From: a virus
Lineage: Duplodnaviria > Heunggongvirae > Uroviricota > Caudoviricetes
Reading direction: 5' to 3' (one strand)
Length of the DNA: 37,097 bases
Virus record (IMG/VR): IMGVR_UViG_2563366877_000001
Within the stretch, counting starts at the first letter, position 1. Every line of letters begins with the position of its first letter. Below, in pieces: positions 9,310 through 18,563 of the stretch. The position numbers were made by a program, and so were the translations under genes. The notes under the pieces were generated by a model that ran no database searches, was not told the origin of the DNA, and saw only the letters and a list, made by a program, of their open reading frames with translations.

Positions 9310-10239
9310 ATGGCAAACACTGCTGAGATATTCAATTTTCCAGTGCCGGATGTGGCACAAAAGGAGCCGCGCGTGGCAGATCTCGATGATGGTTATACGC
9401 GCATTGCAAATGAGTTGCTGGAAGCTGTGATGCTGGCCGGATTAACACAGCACCAGCTTCTGGTCTTCCTGGCTGTCATGCGCAAAACATATGGCTTTAA
9501 TAAAAAACTGGATTGGGTGAGCAACGAGCAACTTTCCGAGTTGACCGGGATATTGCCGCACAAGTGTTCTGCTGCAAAAAGTGTTCTGGTAAAGCGTGGG
9601 ATTTTTATTCAGAGCGGGCGGAATATCGGCATTAATAATGTGGTCAGTGAATGGTCAACATTACCCGAATCAGGTAAGAAAAATAAAGTTTACCTGAAAG
9701 AGGTAAATTTACCTGAATCAGGTAAGAAAAGTTTACCCAAATCAGGTAAAGGCGTTTACCCGAATCAGGTAAACACAAAAGACAAACTAACAAAAGACAA
9801 TATAAAACCTTTTTCGTCCGAGAATTCTGGCGAATCCTCTGACCAACCAGAAAACGATCTTCCTGTGGAGAAACCAGATGTTGCAATTCAGAGCGGCAGC
9901 AGGTGGGGGACAGCAGAAGACCTGACCGCCGCAGAGTGGATGTTTGACATGGTGAAGACCATCGCGCCATCAGCCAGAAAACCGAATTTTGCAGGGTGGG
10001 CTAACGATATCCGCCTGATGCGTGAACGTGACGGACGTAACCACCGCGACATGTGCGTGCTGTTCCGCTGGGCATGCCAGGACAACTTCTGGTCCGGTAA
10101 CGTGCTAAGTCCGGCCAAACTCCGCGACAAGTGGACCCAACTCGAAATCAACCGTAACAAGCAACAGGCCGGCGTGACAGCCGGAAAATCAAAACTCGAC
10201 CTGACGAACACTGACTGGATTTATGGGGTGGATTTATGA
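9310..10239 (+). CDS. O: replication initiator O (lambda O-like N-terminal domain)
   Basis: N-terminus (NFPVPD...VADLDDGYTRIANELLEA...RKTYGFNK) aligns to lambda O; start chosen at ATG 9310 (GGAGG 4 nt upstream); alternative coupled start at 9220. Contains the ori iterons. Confidence 0.85.
   Translation: MANTAEIFNFPVPDVAQKEPRVADLDDGYTRIANELLEAVMLAGLTQHQLLVFLAVMRKTYGFNKKLDWVSNEQLSELTGILPHKCSAAKSVLVKRGIFIQSGRNIGINNVVSEWSTLPESGKKNKVYLKEVNLPESGKKSLPKSGKGVYPNQVNTKDKLTKDNIKPFSSENSGESSDQPENDLPVEKPDVAIQSGSRWGTAEDLTAAEWMFDMVKTIAPSARKPNFAGWANDIRLMRERDGRNHRDMCVLFRWACQDNFWSGNVLSPAKLRDKWTQLEINRNKQQAGVTAGKSKLDLTNTDWIYGVDL
9661..9772. repeat. origin of replication iterons (ori) inside the O gene
   Basis: Four copies of the 17-bp TTACCYRAATCAGGTAA at 9661, 9709, 9733, 9756 plus a degenerate copy at 9690, followed by an AT-rich tract (9773-9815), as in lambda ori. 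Confidence 0.7.
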
Positions 10240-10937
10240 AAAACATCGCCGCACAGATGGTTAACTTTGACCGTGAGCAGATGCGCCGGATAGCCAACAA
10301 CATGCCGGAACAGTACGACGAAAAGCCGCAGGTACAGCAGGTAGCGCAGATCATCAACGGTGTGTTCAGCCAGTTACTGGCAACTTTCCCGGCGAGCCTG
10401 GCTAACCGTGACCAGAATGAACTGAACGAAATCCGCCGCCAGTGGGTTCTGGCTTTCCGGGAAAACGGGATCACCACAATGGAACAGGTTAACGCTGGAA
10501 TGCGCGTAGCCCGTCGGCAGAATCGACCATTCCTGCCATCACCCGGGCAGTTTGTCGCCTGGTGCCGGGAAGAAGCATCTGTTAACGCCGGGCTGCCAAA
10601 CGTCAGCGAGCTGGTTGATATGGTTTACGAGTATTGCCGGAAGCGTGGCCTGTATCCGGATGCAGAGTCTTATCCGTGGAAATCGAACGCGCATTACTGG
10701 TTGGTTACCAACTTGTACCAGAACATGCGGGCCAATGCGCTGACTGACGCGGAATTACGGCGCAAGGCTGCCGATGAACTGACCTGTATGACAGCGCGAA
10801 TTAACCGTGGTGAGGCGATACCTGAACCAGTAAAACAACTTCCTGTCATGGGCGGTAGGCCTCTAAATCGTGCACAGGCTCTGGCGAAGATCGCAGAAAT
10901 CAAAGCGAAGTTCGGACTGAAAGGAGCAACTGTATGA
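10236..10937 (+). CDS. P: replication protein P (DnaB helicase loader)
   Basis: 233 aa, near-identical to lambda P as recalled. Confidence 0.95.
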   Translation: MKNIAAQMVNFDREQMRRIANNMPEQYDEKPQVQQVAQIINGVFSQLLATFPASLANRDQNELNEIRRQWVLAFRENGITTMEQVNAGMRVARRQNRPFLPSPGQFVAWCREEASVNAGLPNVSELVDMVYEYCRKRGLYPDAESYPWKSNAHYWLVTNLYQNMRANALTDAELRRKAADELTCMTARINRGEAIPEPVKQLPVMGGRPLNRAQALAKIAEIKAKFGLKGATV

Positions 10938-11107
10938 CGGGCAAAGAGGCAATTATTCATTATCTGGAGACGCACAAGAGCTTCTGTGCGCCGGACGTTG
11001 CTGTGACAACAGGTGTGACATTAACCAGCATAAATCAGGCTGCGGCAAAAATGGCGCGGGCAGGAATCCTGGTCATTGATGGTAAGGTCTGGCGAACGTT
11101 TGTTTAA
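10934..11107 (+). CDS. ren: Ren-like protein, C-terminally truncated (57 aa)
   Basis: Not in ORF track. MTGKEAIIHYLETHKSFCAPDVA... matches the lambda Ren N-terminus; AAGGAG Shine-Dalgarno; ends early relative to the 96-aa lambda Ren. Confidence 0.6.
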   Translation: MTGKEAIIHYLETHKSFCAPDVAVTTGVTLTSINQAAAKMARAGILVIDGKVWRTFV

Positions 11108-11253
11108 CGGTTAGCTACTCAGGATGATAGGGCGGGGCAAGTGAGTATGAAGCGGATTTTCAGGAATGCCATCAGAGTTTGGAAATAAAGTGGGTTTTCT
11201 AGTGGCAAGAGACTTGATAATATTTAGTTCTTTGAATCCAAGGAGATAGGGTT

Positions 11254-11748
11254 ATGAGAAAATTTATTTTAGCCTTTGTTATAAGTGCCTCGTTTACAGC
11301 AAATGCTGGTGTAGAGAAGTTAGGGCCGTGGATAACAAAGTCTGAGATAAATAAAATGACTGACCAGACTGACTTTGTGGCTCTTAATTTATCACCAGAT
11401 TCATATAACAAAGCAGGTACTGATCGTGCAACTTCACTGGTGTTGCGTTGTAGTGATAACAAAACAGATGCCTATTTATCATTCAATGATTATATGGGTT
11501 CGGACAACCCAAGAATTACAGTGCGGTTAGATGGCGGAAAGCCGGTCAAGAGTGTTTGGGGAGGTGGGGAAGGCGGTGATTCTGCATTTGCTCCACAACC
11601 AATACAATTTATAAAGACCTTGGCTAAGCATAAAAAAGCTATTTTTGGGTTTGAACCTTATGGATCAACTATGCAAGTAGTTGAGTTTGACTTGTCTGAG
11701 ATTGATAAGGTTGTGGAAAAAATTTCACAGTCTTGCAATTGGAAATGA
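11254..11748 (+). CDS. exported hypothetical protein (moron)
   Basis: 164 aa with cleavable signal peptide (MRKFILAFVISASFTANA); AT-rich codon usage unlike neighbours; followed by a terminator. Confidence 0.6.
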   Translation: MRKFILAFVISASFTANAGVEKLGPWITKSEINKMTDQTDFVALNLSPDSYNKAGTDRATSLVLRCSDNKTDAYLSFNDYMGSDNPRITVRLDGGKPVKSVWGGGEGGDSAFAPQPIQFIKTLAKHKKAIFGFEPYGSTMQVVEFDLSEIDKVVEKISQSCNWK

Positions 11749-11767
11749 CAAAAAAATTTCATATGAA

Positions 11768-11790
11768 CCCAGTTGGCGCTGGGTTTTTTA
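11768..11790 (+). terminator. rho-independent terminator
   Basis: CCCAG-ttggcg-CTGGG stem-loop followed by TTTTTT directly after the exported-protein gene. Confidence 0.6.
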
Positions 11791-12791
11791 TTTCAGTAGC
11801 CAATAATGCATTCAAAATCTCTTACTTGAGAAACGGCCTATTTGAGATTTCAGTCGTGGCAGGATGATCAGTTGATTCGAGTATTGACGCATTTGCGTTC
11901 GGAGCGATTACAGTAGATTGTAAATAATAATGAGAAACACATAGCCACATAGCCACCCCGTGGTATTGAAACCATATAATGTTGGATTTGAAAACAGATC
12001 TTTTCCCATGTATTAATAACTACATCCCCGCGAGTAATTCAAAAAGGAGGGCCCAATTTTGTCCGAGTTTTTGTATTCCCCCGCATGCCGCTGCGGAGCA
12101 CTACATCTGAGTGTCTGACTAGGGGATAAAATTAGACTGGATAGTGAGAAGAAAGTGGCGCGCTAGGCTGTGCCGAGTGCTACCAGTACACCTTGGGGGT
12201 GTGCAGCTTTCGCCGAGACTGTAGTGGGTATCGGTTAATGCACGAAAAACCGAGAGGTCAGACAACCAATTTGCCGTAGGATTGTTTCCGGTGCGATACC
12301 GGTCTACTAACTGAAAGCAATGCGAAAAAGCATAAACTCGGTCCTTCAGTCGCCCTACACACTATTTACTAAGAAGGGCTGAAGCATGGATACAATTATT
12401 ACATGGATGGGAGATCGTCTGTTGGGGGGACACAAAAATCCGATCTGCGGCAGATGGCGATCACTGGATTAACTTCCGCGATTTGTTCAACAATTTTGTA
12501 CACTGAAAAATTAAAACATGGTGAGCCTATTAACCCAAACGAAGAAGAAAAACTTTATAGGCTTTGGTATGAAGGAAACGCTTGAAAGAATAAAGCACAA
12601 TTAAAACCTTTGATTTGCGATAATCAACTTGCCATAATTAAGTAATCGGAGCCTGAACAACTCCGGTGACTTCTGCGCTAAACGGGGACGTTTATGCGCA
12701 CATACAATCCAAACTATCTTCTCCTTTCACAGATGCAGAAATGCACCTGCAATTCTTTGCATCTAGCGTTTGACCTCTGCGGAGGTGAAGC

Positions 12792-13247
12792 GTGAACCTC
12801 CCACAAGACGGCATCAAATTACATCGCGGCAACTTCACCGCTATCGGCCAGCAGATCCAGCCTTATCTGGAGGAAGGCAAATGCTTTCGCATGGTGCTTA
12901 AACCGTGGCGCGAGAGACGCAGTCTTTCCCAGAATGCACTCAGCCACATGTGGTACAGCGAAATCAGTGAATACCTCATCAGCAGGGGTAAAACGTTCGC
13001 CACTCCAGCTTGGGTAAAAGATGCTCTCAAACACACATATCTCGGTTATGAAACCAAAGACCTGGTTGATGTCGTAACCGGTGATATCACCACTATCCAG
13101 TCGTTACGCCATACCTCCGATCTTGATACCGGAGAGATGTATGTCTTCCTGTGTAAGGTTGAAGCCTGGGCGATGAATATTGGTTGCCACCTGACTATTC
13201 CACAGAGCTGCGAGTTCCAGCTGCTGCGCGACAAGCAGGAGGCGTAA
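12792..13247 (+). CDS. ninB: NinB-family recombination protein
   Basis: 151 aa with the R-S-L-x-Q-N motif shared with lambda NinB; GTG start with GGAGG Shine-Dalgarno. Confidence 0.7.
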   Translation: MNLPQDGIKLHRGNFTAIGQQIQPYLEEGKCFRMVLKPWRERRSLSQNALSHMWYSEISEYLISRGKTFATPAWVKDALKHTYLGYETKDLVDVVTGDITTIQSLRHTSDLDTGEMYVFLCKVEAWAMNIGCHLTIPQSCEFQLLRDKQEA

Positions 13248-13417
13248 TGGCTACACCGCTTATTCGTGTCATGAACGGACACATCTACAGAGTACCAAAT
13301 CGTCGTAAGCGTAAACCTGAGCTGAAGCCATCCGAAATACCAACACTGCTCGGATATACCGCCAGCTTGGTTGATAAAAAATGGTTGCGACTGGCAGCAA
13401 GGAGGAGTCATGGCTGA
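13247..13417 (+). CDS. ninE: NinE-like protein
   Basis: 56 aa ([25 protein letters not shown]...); start overlaps the ninB stop (TAATG). Confidence 0.6.
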   Translation: MATPLIRVMNGHIYRVPNRRKRKPELKPSEIPTLLGYTASLVDKKWLRLAARRSHG

Positions 13418-13700
13418 TTTGAGAAAAGCAGCGCGTGGTCGGGAATGCCAGGTAAGAATCCCTGGCGTATGTAATGGCAACCCTGAAACGTCTGTACTGG
13501 CACATATCCGGCTGACTGGATTGTGCGGCACCGGTACGAAACCGCCAGACCTGATTGCCACCATTGCATGTTCTGCCTGCCACGACGAAATCGACCGCCG
13601 CACGCATTTTGTTGACGCTGGATATGCAAAAGAATGCGCGCTGGAAGGTATGGCGAGAACACAGGTTATCTGGCTGAAAGAGGGGGTTATTAAGGCGTGA
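13410..13700 (+). CDS. ybcO: YbcO-family (DUF1364) putative nuclease
   Basis: 96 aa, [28 protein letters not shown]..., matches DLP12 YbcO as recalled; GGAGG Shine-Dalgarno. Confidence 0.8.
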   Translation: MADLRKAARGRECQVRIPGVCNGNPETSVLAHIRLTGLCGTGTKPPDLIATIACSACHDEIDRRTHFVDAGYAKECALEGMARTQVIWLKEGVIKA

Positions 13701-14059
13701 ATACCTACAGCATCACATTACCCTGGCCTCCGAGCAATAATCGCTATTACCGCCATAATCGCGGGCGCACGCACGTCAGCGCAGAGGGGCAGGCATACCG
13801 CGATAACGTCGCCCGAATCATTAAAAACGCAATGCTGGATATCGGCCTGGCTATGCCTGTGAAAATCCGCATTGAGTGCCACATGCCGGATCGCCGTCGC
13901 CGTGACCTGGATAATCTGCAAAAAGCCGCTTTTGACGCACTCACTAAAGCAGGTTTCTGGCTGGATGATGCTCAGGTCGTTGATTACCGCGTTGTGAAGA
14001 TGCCTGTTACCAAAGGTGGGAGGCTGGAACTGACCATCACCGAAATGGGGAATGAATGA
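13697..14059 (+). CDS. rusA: Holliday junction resolvase RusA
   Basis: 120 aa, matches E. coli RusA as recalled ([18 protein letters not shown]...). Confidence 0.93.
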   Translation: MNTYSITLPWPPSNNRYYRHNRGRTHVSAEGQAYRDNVARIIKNAMLDIGLAMPVKIRIECHMPDRRRRDLDNLQKAAFDALTKAGFWLDDAQVVDYRVVKMPVTKGGRLELTITEMGNE

Positions 14060-14196
14060 TGTTTGAGTTTAATATGGCAGAACTTCTTCGCCACCGCTGG
14101 GGGCGTCTGCGCTTATATCGTTTCCCCGGTTCTGTTTTGACCGATTACCGGATACTGAAGAATTACGCCAAAACACTGAAAGGAGCTGCCGCATGA
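14056..14196 (+). CDS. ylcG: small protein YlcG
   Basis: 46 aa, [27 protein letters not shown]..., matches DLP12 YlcG; not in ORF track. Confidence 0.7.
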   Translation: MMFEFNMAELLRHRWGRLRLYRFPGSVLTDYRILKNYAKTLKGAAA

Positions 14197-14882
14197 ATAC
14201 CCAATATTTACAGTATGTCCGCGAGCAACTCATTGTGGCTACTGCTGATTTGAGCGGAGCAACGAAAGGCCAGCTTGAAGCCTGGCTGGAGCATGCACAA
14301 TTTGATACTGGTACATATAAACGAAAGAAGCCGCGCATTCTGGATGAGGTAACGGGCAGGATGATTACGCTGGATAATACGCCGATTTCTGGTAAGCAGT
14401 CGTACGCAAAAGGTTCATCCATTGCACTGGTCAGCCAGGTTGAGTTCTCAACCTCGTCATGGCGCCGCGCGGTTCTGTCTCTCGAAGAACATCAGAAAGC
14501 GTGGTTGCTGTGGAGTTACAGCGAAAGTGTTCGCTGGGAACATCAGGTCACCATAACGCAGTGGGCATGGAGCGAGTTTAAGACTCTGTTGGGTACCAGG
14601 AAAATTGCAGGTAAAACACTGGAACGTTTGAAGAAGTTGATCTGGCTGGCGGCACAGGATGTGAAGAACGAGCTGGCAGGGCGTAAGACCTATGAATACC
14701 AGGAGCTGGCATCACTGGTGGGAGTGACATCAAAAAACTGGTCTGAGACATTCACTGAACGCTGGGTTGCAATGAAGCACATTTTTCTACAGCTTGATAG
14801 CGAAGCTTTATTGCTTCTAACGAGAACACGTTCAAAACAAAAGGCGACATTTTTACAGCAAAATATTGCAAAGCTGGATTAA
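14193..14882 (+). CDS. putative late-gene antiterminator (Q-like), assigned mainly by position
   Basis: 229 aa directly after rusA/ylcG and before a promoter-like element and the lysis cassette; family not confirmed. Confidence 0.45.
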   Translation: MNTQYLQYVREQLIVATADLSGATKGQLEAWLEHAQFDTGTYKRKKPRILDEVTGRMITLDNTPISGKQSYAKGSSIALVSQVEFSTSSWRRAVLSLEEHQKAWLLWSYSESVRWEHQVTITQWAWSEFKTLLGTRKIAGKTLERLKKLIWLAAQDVKNELAGRKTYEYQELASLVGVTSKNWSETFTERWVAMKHIFLQLDSEALLLLTRTRSKQKATFLQQNIAKLD

Positions 14883-14955
14883 AAAGCATATATTTCATGT
14901 AAATCTGATATTCTGCCAATGTTGTATGTGCAACTGTTCGTGGATGTAGTAAGGG

Positions 14956-14984
14956 TTGACTATCCAATTTCTAGGATATAGATT
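14956..14984 (+). promoter_or_regulatory. candidate late promoter pR'
   Basis: TTGACT (14956-14961), 17-bp spacer, TAGATT (14979-14984), downstream of the Q-like gene; comparable to lambda pR' TTGACT-17-TAAATT. Confidence 0.3.
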
Positions 14985-15103
14985 TTTCTGCAATAAAGGT
15001 TTTGGGAATGAAGGGGCGGCTCCCAAAAGATAACCGCCAAGTTGGTAACTTCGACTCGATAATTGGTCTGGGACTCCAACCGTGTCGGCTGAGAGGTCGA
15101 CGT

Positions 15104-15907
15104 CTATTTCTTTTTGGGAAGTGGATACTTTAAGCTAACGTTTTGAGTTTCTATATCTCGTGGCCCTCGAGTTTTATCATAAAAATACCAGATATTAAAT
15201 TTTCTCTCAGTGTGCCATGTATCATATTGCAAGTGATCCCAGCCTAAATATGAAGCAACATAGTTTGATACTCTTATTTTGGCTTCAGATGAAGCTTTTC
15301 CTTGATATGCGCACATAACCGCACCTAAGAAAAAATCGGCTAGCTGAATGTTTTCAGATGCTTTAGAGTCTTTTGTCACTACACTGCTGATTATCCCTTT
15401 ACGACCAAATTTTCTATTCAATATGTTATTGGCAATAACATTTAGTTCTTCATCAGCCTTTTTATAACGAGATGCGATAGGATCAACTTCAATCCTGAAG
15501 TAACTGTCTCTTTCAGGGTGTGCAGAAATTACAGAGCTAATTTTTGTGGTAATGAGATTTGTGAAGTGCTTTCTCCTTGCCAGGTCATAATCTCCATTAT
15601 GAAATGCCTTATTTACTATTGATTTTTCAACCACGATACAATGAAAAGCTAGCCAAGGAACTCTAAAGAATAAGTCGATCAGCTCAAGATAAAATTCAGA
15701 GTATCTTTTTGAATGGGCTTTTTGCCATTTTATTTCTTCATAAAAACCATGCTTTCTGCGTAGTTCTCTGATTAGTTGACAGAAATCCCCACGGCGTTGG
15801 TACTTCATCCACAGACTGCCAAAGCCGTAGAAACGTTGTCCATCAATGCCAGATTCATCGCAAGCAATATGCCAAATTAACTTACCAATGTTATCTTTTT
15901 CTGTCAT
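15104..15907 (-). CDS. hypothetical protein, AT-rich moron antisense to the late operon (candidate defence/accessory gene)
   Basis: 267-aa ORF on the opposite strand between the Q-like gene and the holin; visibly AT-rich; N-terminal HIACDESGIDG and later QLADFFLGA motifs; no similarity to phage structural or lysis proteins. Confidence 0.65.
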   Translation of the reverse strand: MTEKDNIGKLIWHIACDESGIDGQRFYGFGSLWMKYQRRGDFCQLIRELRRKHGFYEEIKWQKAHSKRYSEFYLELIDLFFRVPWLAFHCIVVEKSIVNKAFHNGDYDLARRKHFTNLITTKISSVISAHPERDSYFRIEVDPIASRYKKADEELNVIANNILNRKFGRKGIISSVVTKDSKASENIQLADFFLGAVMCAYQGKASSEAKIRVSNYVASYLGWDHLQYDTWHTERKFNIWYFYDKTRGPRDIETQNVSLKYPLPKKK

Positions 15908-16123
15908 CTGCTGGTAATACTCTTAGTCCTTAAAGCATAGTATTTAACCATACATGTAACTCATTGATAAAGATCGTTTTATGCAAGTTGCATGTATTGG
16001 TTTTTGAAGGCCATTCGCTTGGTTATAAGATTTTTTAGTTATTTTGAATTGACTGTTTATAACAATATTTCCCATGTAAGTTTTTAATCATTAGCGTCCC
16101 GGCCTTTCGTCGGCGGCGAAACA

Positions 16124-16441
16124 TTGGCTATTCATATGCACGAAAAAGAGAGCCTTGCCGGAGCGTTCTGGCTCGTTTTGCTGATCATCGCAGGTTGGGG
16201 CGGTCTGGTCCGCTACCTGATAGATGTGAAGCAGAGTAAAGCAACGTGGAGTTGGATAAATGCTCTGGCTCAGATAGTGGTATCAGGATTCACCGGTGTT
16301 ATTGGTGGCCTGATCAGCATCGAAAGTGGATTCAGTATTTACATGATTCTCGCGACAGCGGGGATTAGTGGTGCGATGGGTTCGGTTGCACTGACGTACT
16401 TCTGGGAACGACTGACAGGGGTGAAAAATGCAAAATCTTAA
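16124..16441 (+). CDS. holin
   Basis: 105 aa with predicted transmembrane helices, immediately upstream of the endolysin; two in-frame starts (MAIHMHEK) reminiscent of holin/antiholin dual-start motifs. Confidence 0.7.
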   Translation: MAIHMHEKESLAGAFWLVLLIIAGWGGLVRYLIDVKQSKATWSWINALAQIVVSGFTGVIGGLISIESGFSIYMILATAGISGAMGSVALTYFWERLTGVKNAKS

Positions 16442-16904
16442 TCCTCAGCGTAAAGCTTTCCTCGATATGGTGGCATGGTCAGAAGGAACGGATAACGGAC
16501 GGCAGAAAACCAGAAATCATGGTTATGACGTCATTGTAGGCGGAGAGCTATTTACTGATTACTCCGATCACCCTCGCAAACTTGTCACGCTAAACCCCAA
16601 ACTCAAATCAACAGCTGCCGGACGTTATCAGCTTCTTTCACGCTGGTGGGATGCTTACCGTAAGCAGCTTGCTCTGAAAGACTTCTCTCCGAAAAGCCAG
16701 GATGCTGTGGCATTGCAGCAGATTAAGGAGCGTGGCGCTTTACCGATGATTGATCGCGGTGATATTCGTCAGGCAATTGACCGTTGCAGCAATATCTGGG
16801 CTTCACTGCCGGGCGCTGGTTATGGTCAGTTCGAGCATAAGGCTGACAGCCTGATTGCAAAATTCAAAGAAGCAGGCGGAACGGTCAGAGAGATTGAGGT
16901 ATGA
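16428..16904 (+). CDS. R: endolysin (lambda R-type lytic transglycosylase)
   Basis: 158 aa, near-identical to lambda R (…[28 protein letters not shown]...). Confidence 0.95.
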   Translation: MQNLNPQRKAFLDMVAWSEGTDNGRQKTRNHGYDVIVGGELFTDYSDHPRKLVTLNPKLKSTAAGRYQLLSRWWDAYRKQLALKDFSPKSQDAVALQQIKERGALPMIDRGDIRQAIDRCSNIWASLPGAGYGQFEHKADSLIAKFKEAGGTVREIEV

Positions 16905-17362
16905 GCAGAGTAACCGCGATTATTTCCGCTCTGGTTATCTGCATTATCGTTTGCTTGTCATGGGCTGTTAATCATTACCGCGATAACGCCATTACCTACA
17001 AAGCCCAGCGCGACAAAAATGCCAGAGAACTGAAGCTGGCGAACTCGACAATTACTGACATGCAGATGCGTCAGCGTGATGTTGCTGCGCTCGATGCAAA
17101 ATACACGAAGGAGTTAGCTGATGCGAAAGCTGAAAATGATGCTCTGCGTGATGATGTTGCCGCTGGTCGTCGTCGGTTGCACATCAAAGCAGTCTGTCAG
17201 TCAGTGCGTGAAGCCACCACCGCCTCCGGCGTGGATAATGCAGCCTCCCCCCGACTGGCAGACACCGCTGAACGGGATTATTTCACCCTCAGAGAGAGGC
17301 TGATCACTATGCAAAAACAACTGGAAGGAACCCAGAAGTATATTAATGAGCAGTGCAGATAG
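16901..17362 (+). CDS. Rz: spanin inner-membrane subunit Rz
   Basis: 153 aa, near-identical to lambda Rz. Confidence 0.93.
   Translation: MSRVTAIISALVICIIVCLSWAVNHYRDNAITYKAQRDKNARELKLANSTITDMQMRQRDVAALDAKYTKELADAKAENDALRDDVAAGRRRLHIKAVCQSVREATTASGVDNAASPRLADTAERDYFTLRERLITMQKQLEGTQKYINEQCR
17121..17303 (+). CDS. Rz1: spanin outer-membrane lipoprotein Rz1 (embedded in Rz, +1 frame)
   Basis: 60 aa with lipobox (LVVVGC) and proline-rich tail, nested in Rz as in lambda. Confidence 0.9.
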   Translation: MRKLKMMLCVMMLPLVVVGCTSKQSVSQCVKPPPPPAWIMQPPPDWQTPLNGIISPSERG

Positions 17363-17393
17363 CGCTGCCCATATCGATGGGCAACTCATGCAA

Positions 17394-17687
17394 TTATTGT
17401 GAGCAATACACCCGCGCTTCCAGCGGAGTATAAATGCCTAAAGTAATAAAACCGAGCAATCCATTTACGAATGTTTGCTGGGTTTCTGTTTTAACCACAT
17501 TTTCTGCGCCGCCACAAATTTTGGCTGCATCAACAGTTTTCTCCTGTCCAATTCCCGAAACGAAGAAATGATGGGTGATGGTTTCCTTTGGTGTTACTGC
17601 TGTCGGTTTGTTTCCAACAGTAAACGTCTGTTGAGCACATCCTGTAATAAGCATTGCCAGAGCGGCAGAAAACAACATTTTTTTCAT
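17394..17687 (-). CDS. bor: Bor lipoprotein (serum-resistance moron)
   Basis: 97 aa from MKKMLF...; matches lambda Bor (ITGCAQQTFTV...EARVYCSQ). Confidence 0.9.
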   Translation of the reverse strand: MKKMLFSAALAMLITGCAQQTFTVGNKPTAVTPKETITHHFFVSGIGQEKTVDAAKICGGAENVVKTETQQTFVNGLLGFITLGIYTPLEARVYCSQ

Positions 17688-18212
17688 CTTATTATCCTGC
17701 ATTGTTAAAAACGGCAGAATCCTATGTGACAACAATTAAACGATAGTTAAATGGATTGATGAAAATTAAAACTATATAGGTGTACGGTCAGACTATTGGA
17801 GGTAGTCAGGATTTGAATGTCAGTCTGTTGTCGGCATTCTGGCAATGCAATTTGGATAAAGCGGGGATTAAAAAGATAGAGGCGAGCCGGTCAGGTAGAA
17901 ATGAATCAGGCTCAAAGTGAAGCGGAAAAGGTCTGTGGTACAAGCTGATGCAGCCATAATTACAGCCTGATGATTTGTGGAATGAAACATGTTGAACCTC
18001 CTTAATTGATGTTATTCGAGTGATGAAGGCATTCTGTCCTTCTATAGTGTCCAGTAAATCAAACAGGAAACTTGTCCAACGTGTTGGACAAGCCTCTCCA
18101 TTAGTGAGTTGTATTGATCACAACTCTACAAAGAATTCATTACTGGGTAGATGAAAATAGTTTCACGATGAATGGAGGAGGCTATGTCGGTGGCTTCTTC
18201 ATTGGAGTACAT

Positions 18213-18563
18213 ATGCCATCACGAATCCCAAAAGCCTGCCGTGTTCGTGGCTGCCGCCATACCACCACAGACCCGTCAGGCTATTGTGAAAGCCACAAAA
18301 GCGAAGGCTGGAAGCAATACAAGCCAGGACAATCCCGTCATCAGCGCGGTTATGGTTCGAAGTGGGATGTTATCCGCGTGCGTGTGTTGAAGCGTGACAA
18401 AGGACTGTGCCAGTTGTGCCTGCGTGCCGGTGTGGTGCGTGAAGCGAAAACCGTTGACCACATCATCCCTAAAGCGCATGGCGGCACTGATGCCGACAGT
18501 AATCTGCAGAGTCTGTGCTGGCCGTGTCATAAGGCGAAGACGGCCCGTGAACGGTTGAAGTAA
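18213..18563 (+). CDS. HNH endonuclease (terminase-associated)
   Basis: Cys-rich zinc-binding HNH motif (CQLCLRAG...VDHIIPKAHGG...CWPCHKAKT); GGAG Shine-Dalgarno before ATG 18213; precedes the terminase genes as in HK97-like phages. Confidence 0.8.
   Translation: MPSRIPKACRVRGCRHTTTDPSGYCESHKSEGWKQYKPGQSRHQRGYGSKWDVIRVRVLKRDKGLCQLCLRAGVVREAKTVDHIIPKAHGGTDADSNLQSLCWPCHKAKTARERLK

Noticed and set aside
9644-9970. Repetitive peptide (LPESGKK) in the O protein and the antisense ORF 9644..9970
   Set aside because: The peptide repeat is a by-product of in-frame DNA iterons of the origin; the antisense ORF is a shadow of the same repeats.
12403-12585. 60-aa ORF in the ORF-free nin segment
   Set aside because: No convincing ribosome-binding site, unremarkable composition, and it is the only ORF at threshold in a 1-kb segment; more likely chance.
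11750-12791. Retron msr/msd or CRISPR array in the ORF-free segment
   Set aside because: No reverse transcriptase gene anywhere in the window and no regularly spaced direct repeats, so neither fits.
13046-13607. Minus-strand ORFs of 112-185 aa overlapping ninB, ninE and ybcO
   Set aside because: Antisense to a tightly coupled run of recognisable genes with overlapping stop/start codons; no independent support.
14990-15100. Possible tRNA or 6S-like small RNA downstream of the pR'-like element (GGGGCGGCTCCC…)
   Set aside because: No canonical T-loop (GTTCGAATC-type) or cloverleaf could be drawn by eye; only weak hairpins. At most a candidate tR' region, so not reported as an RNA gene.
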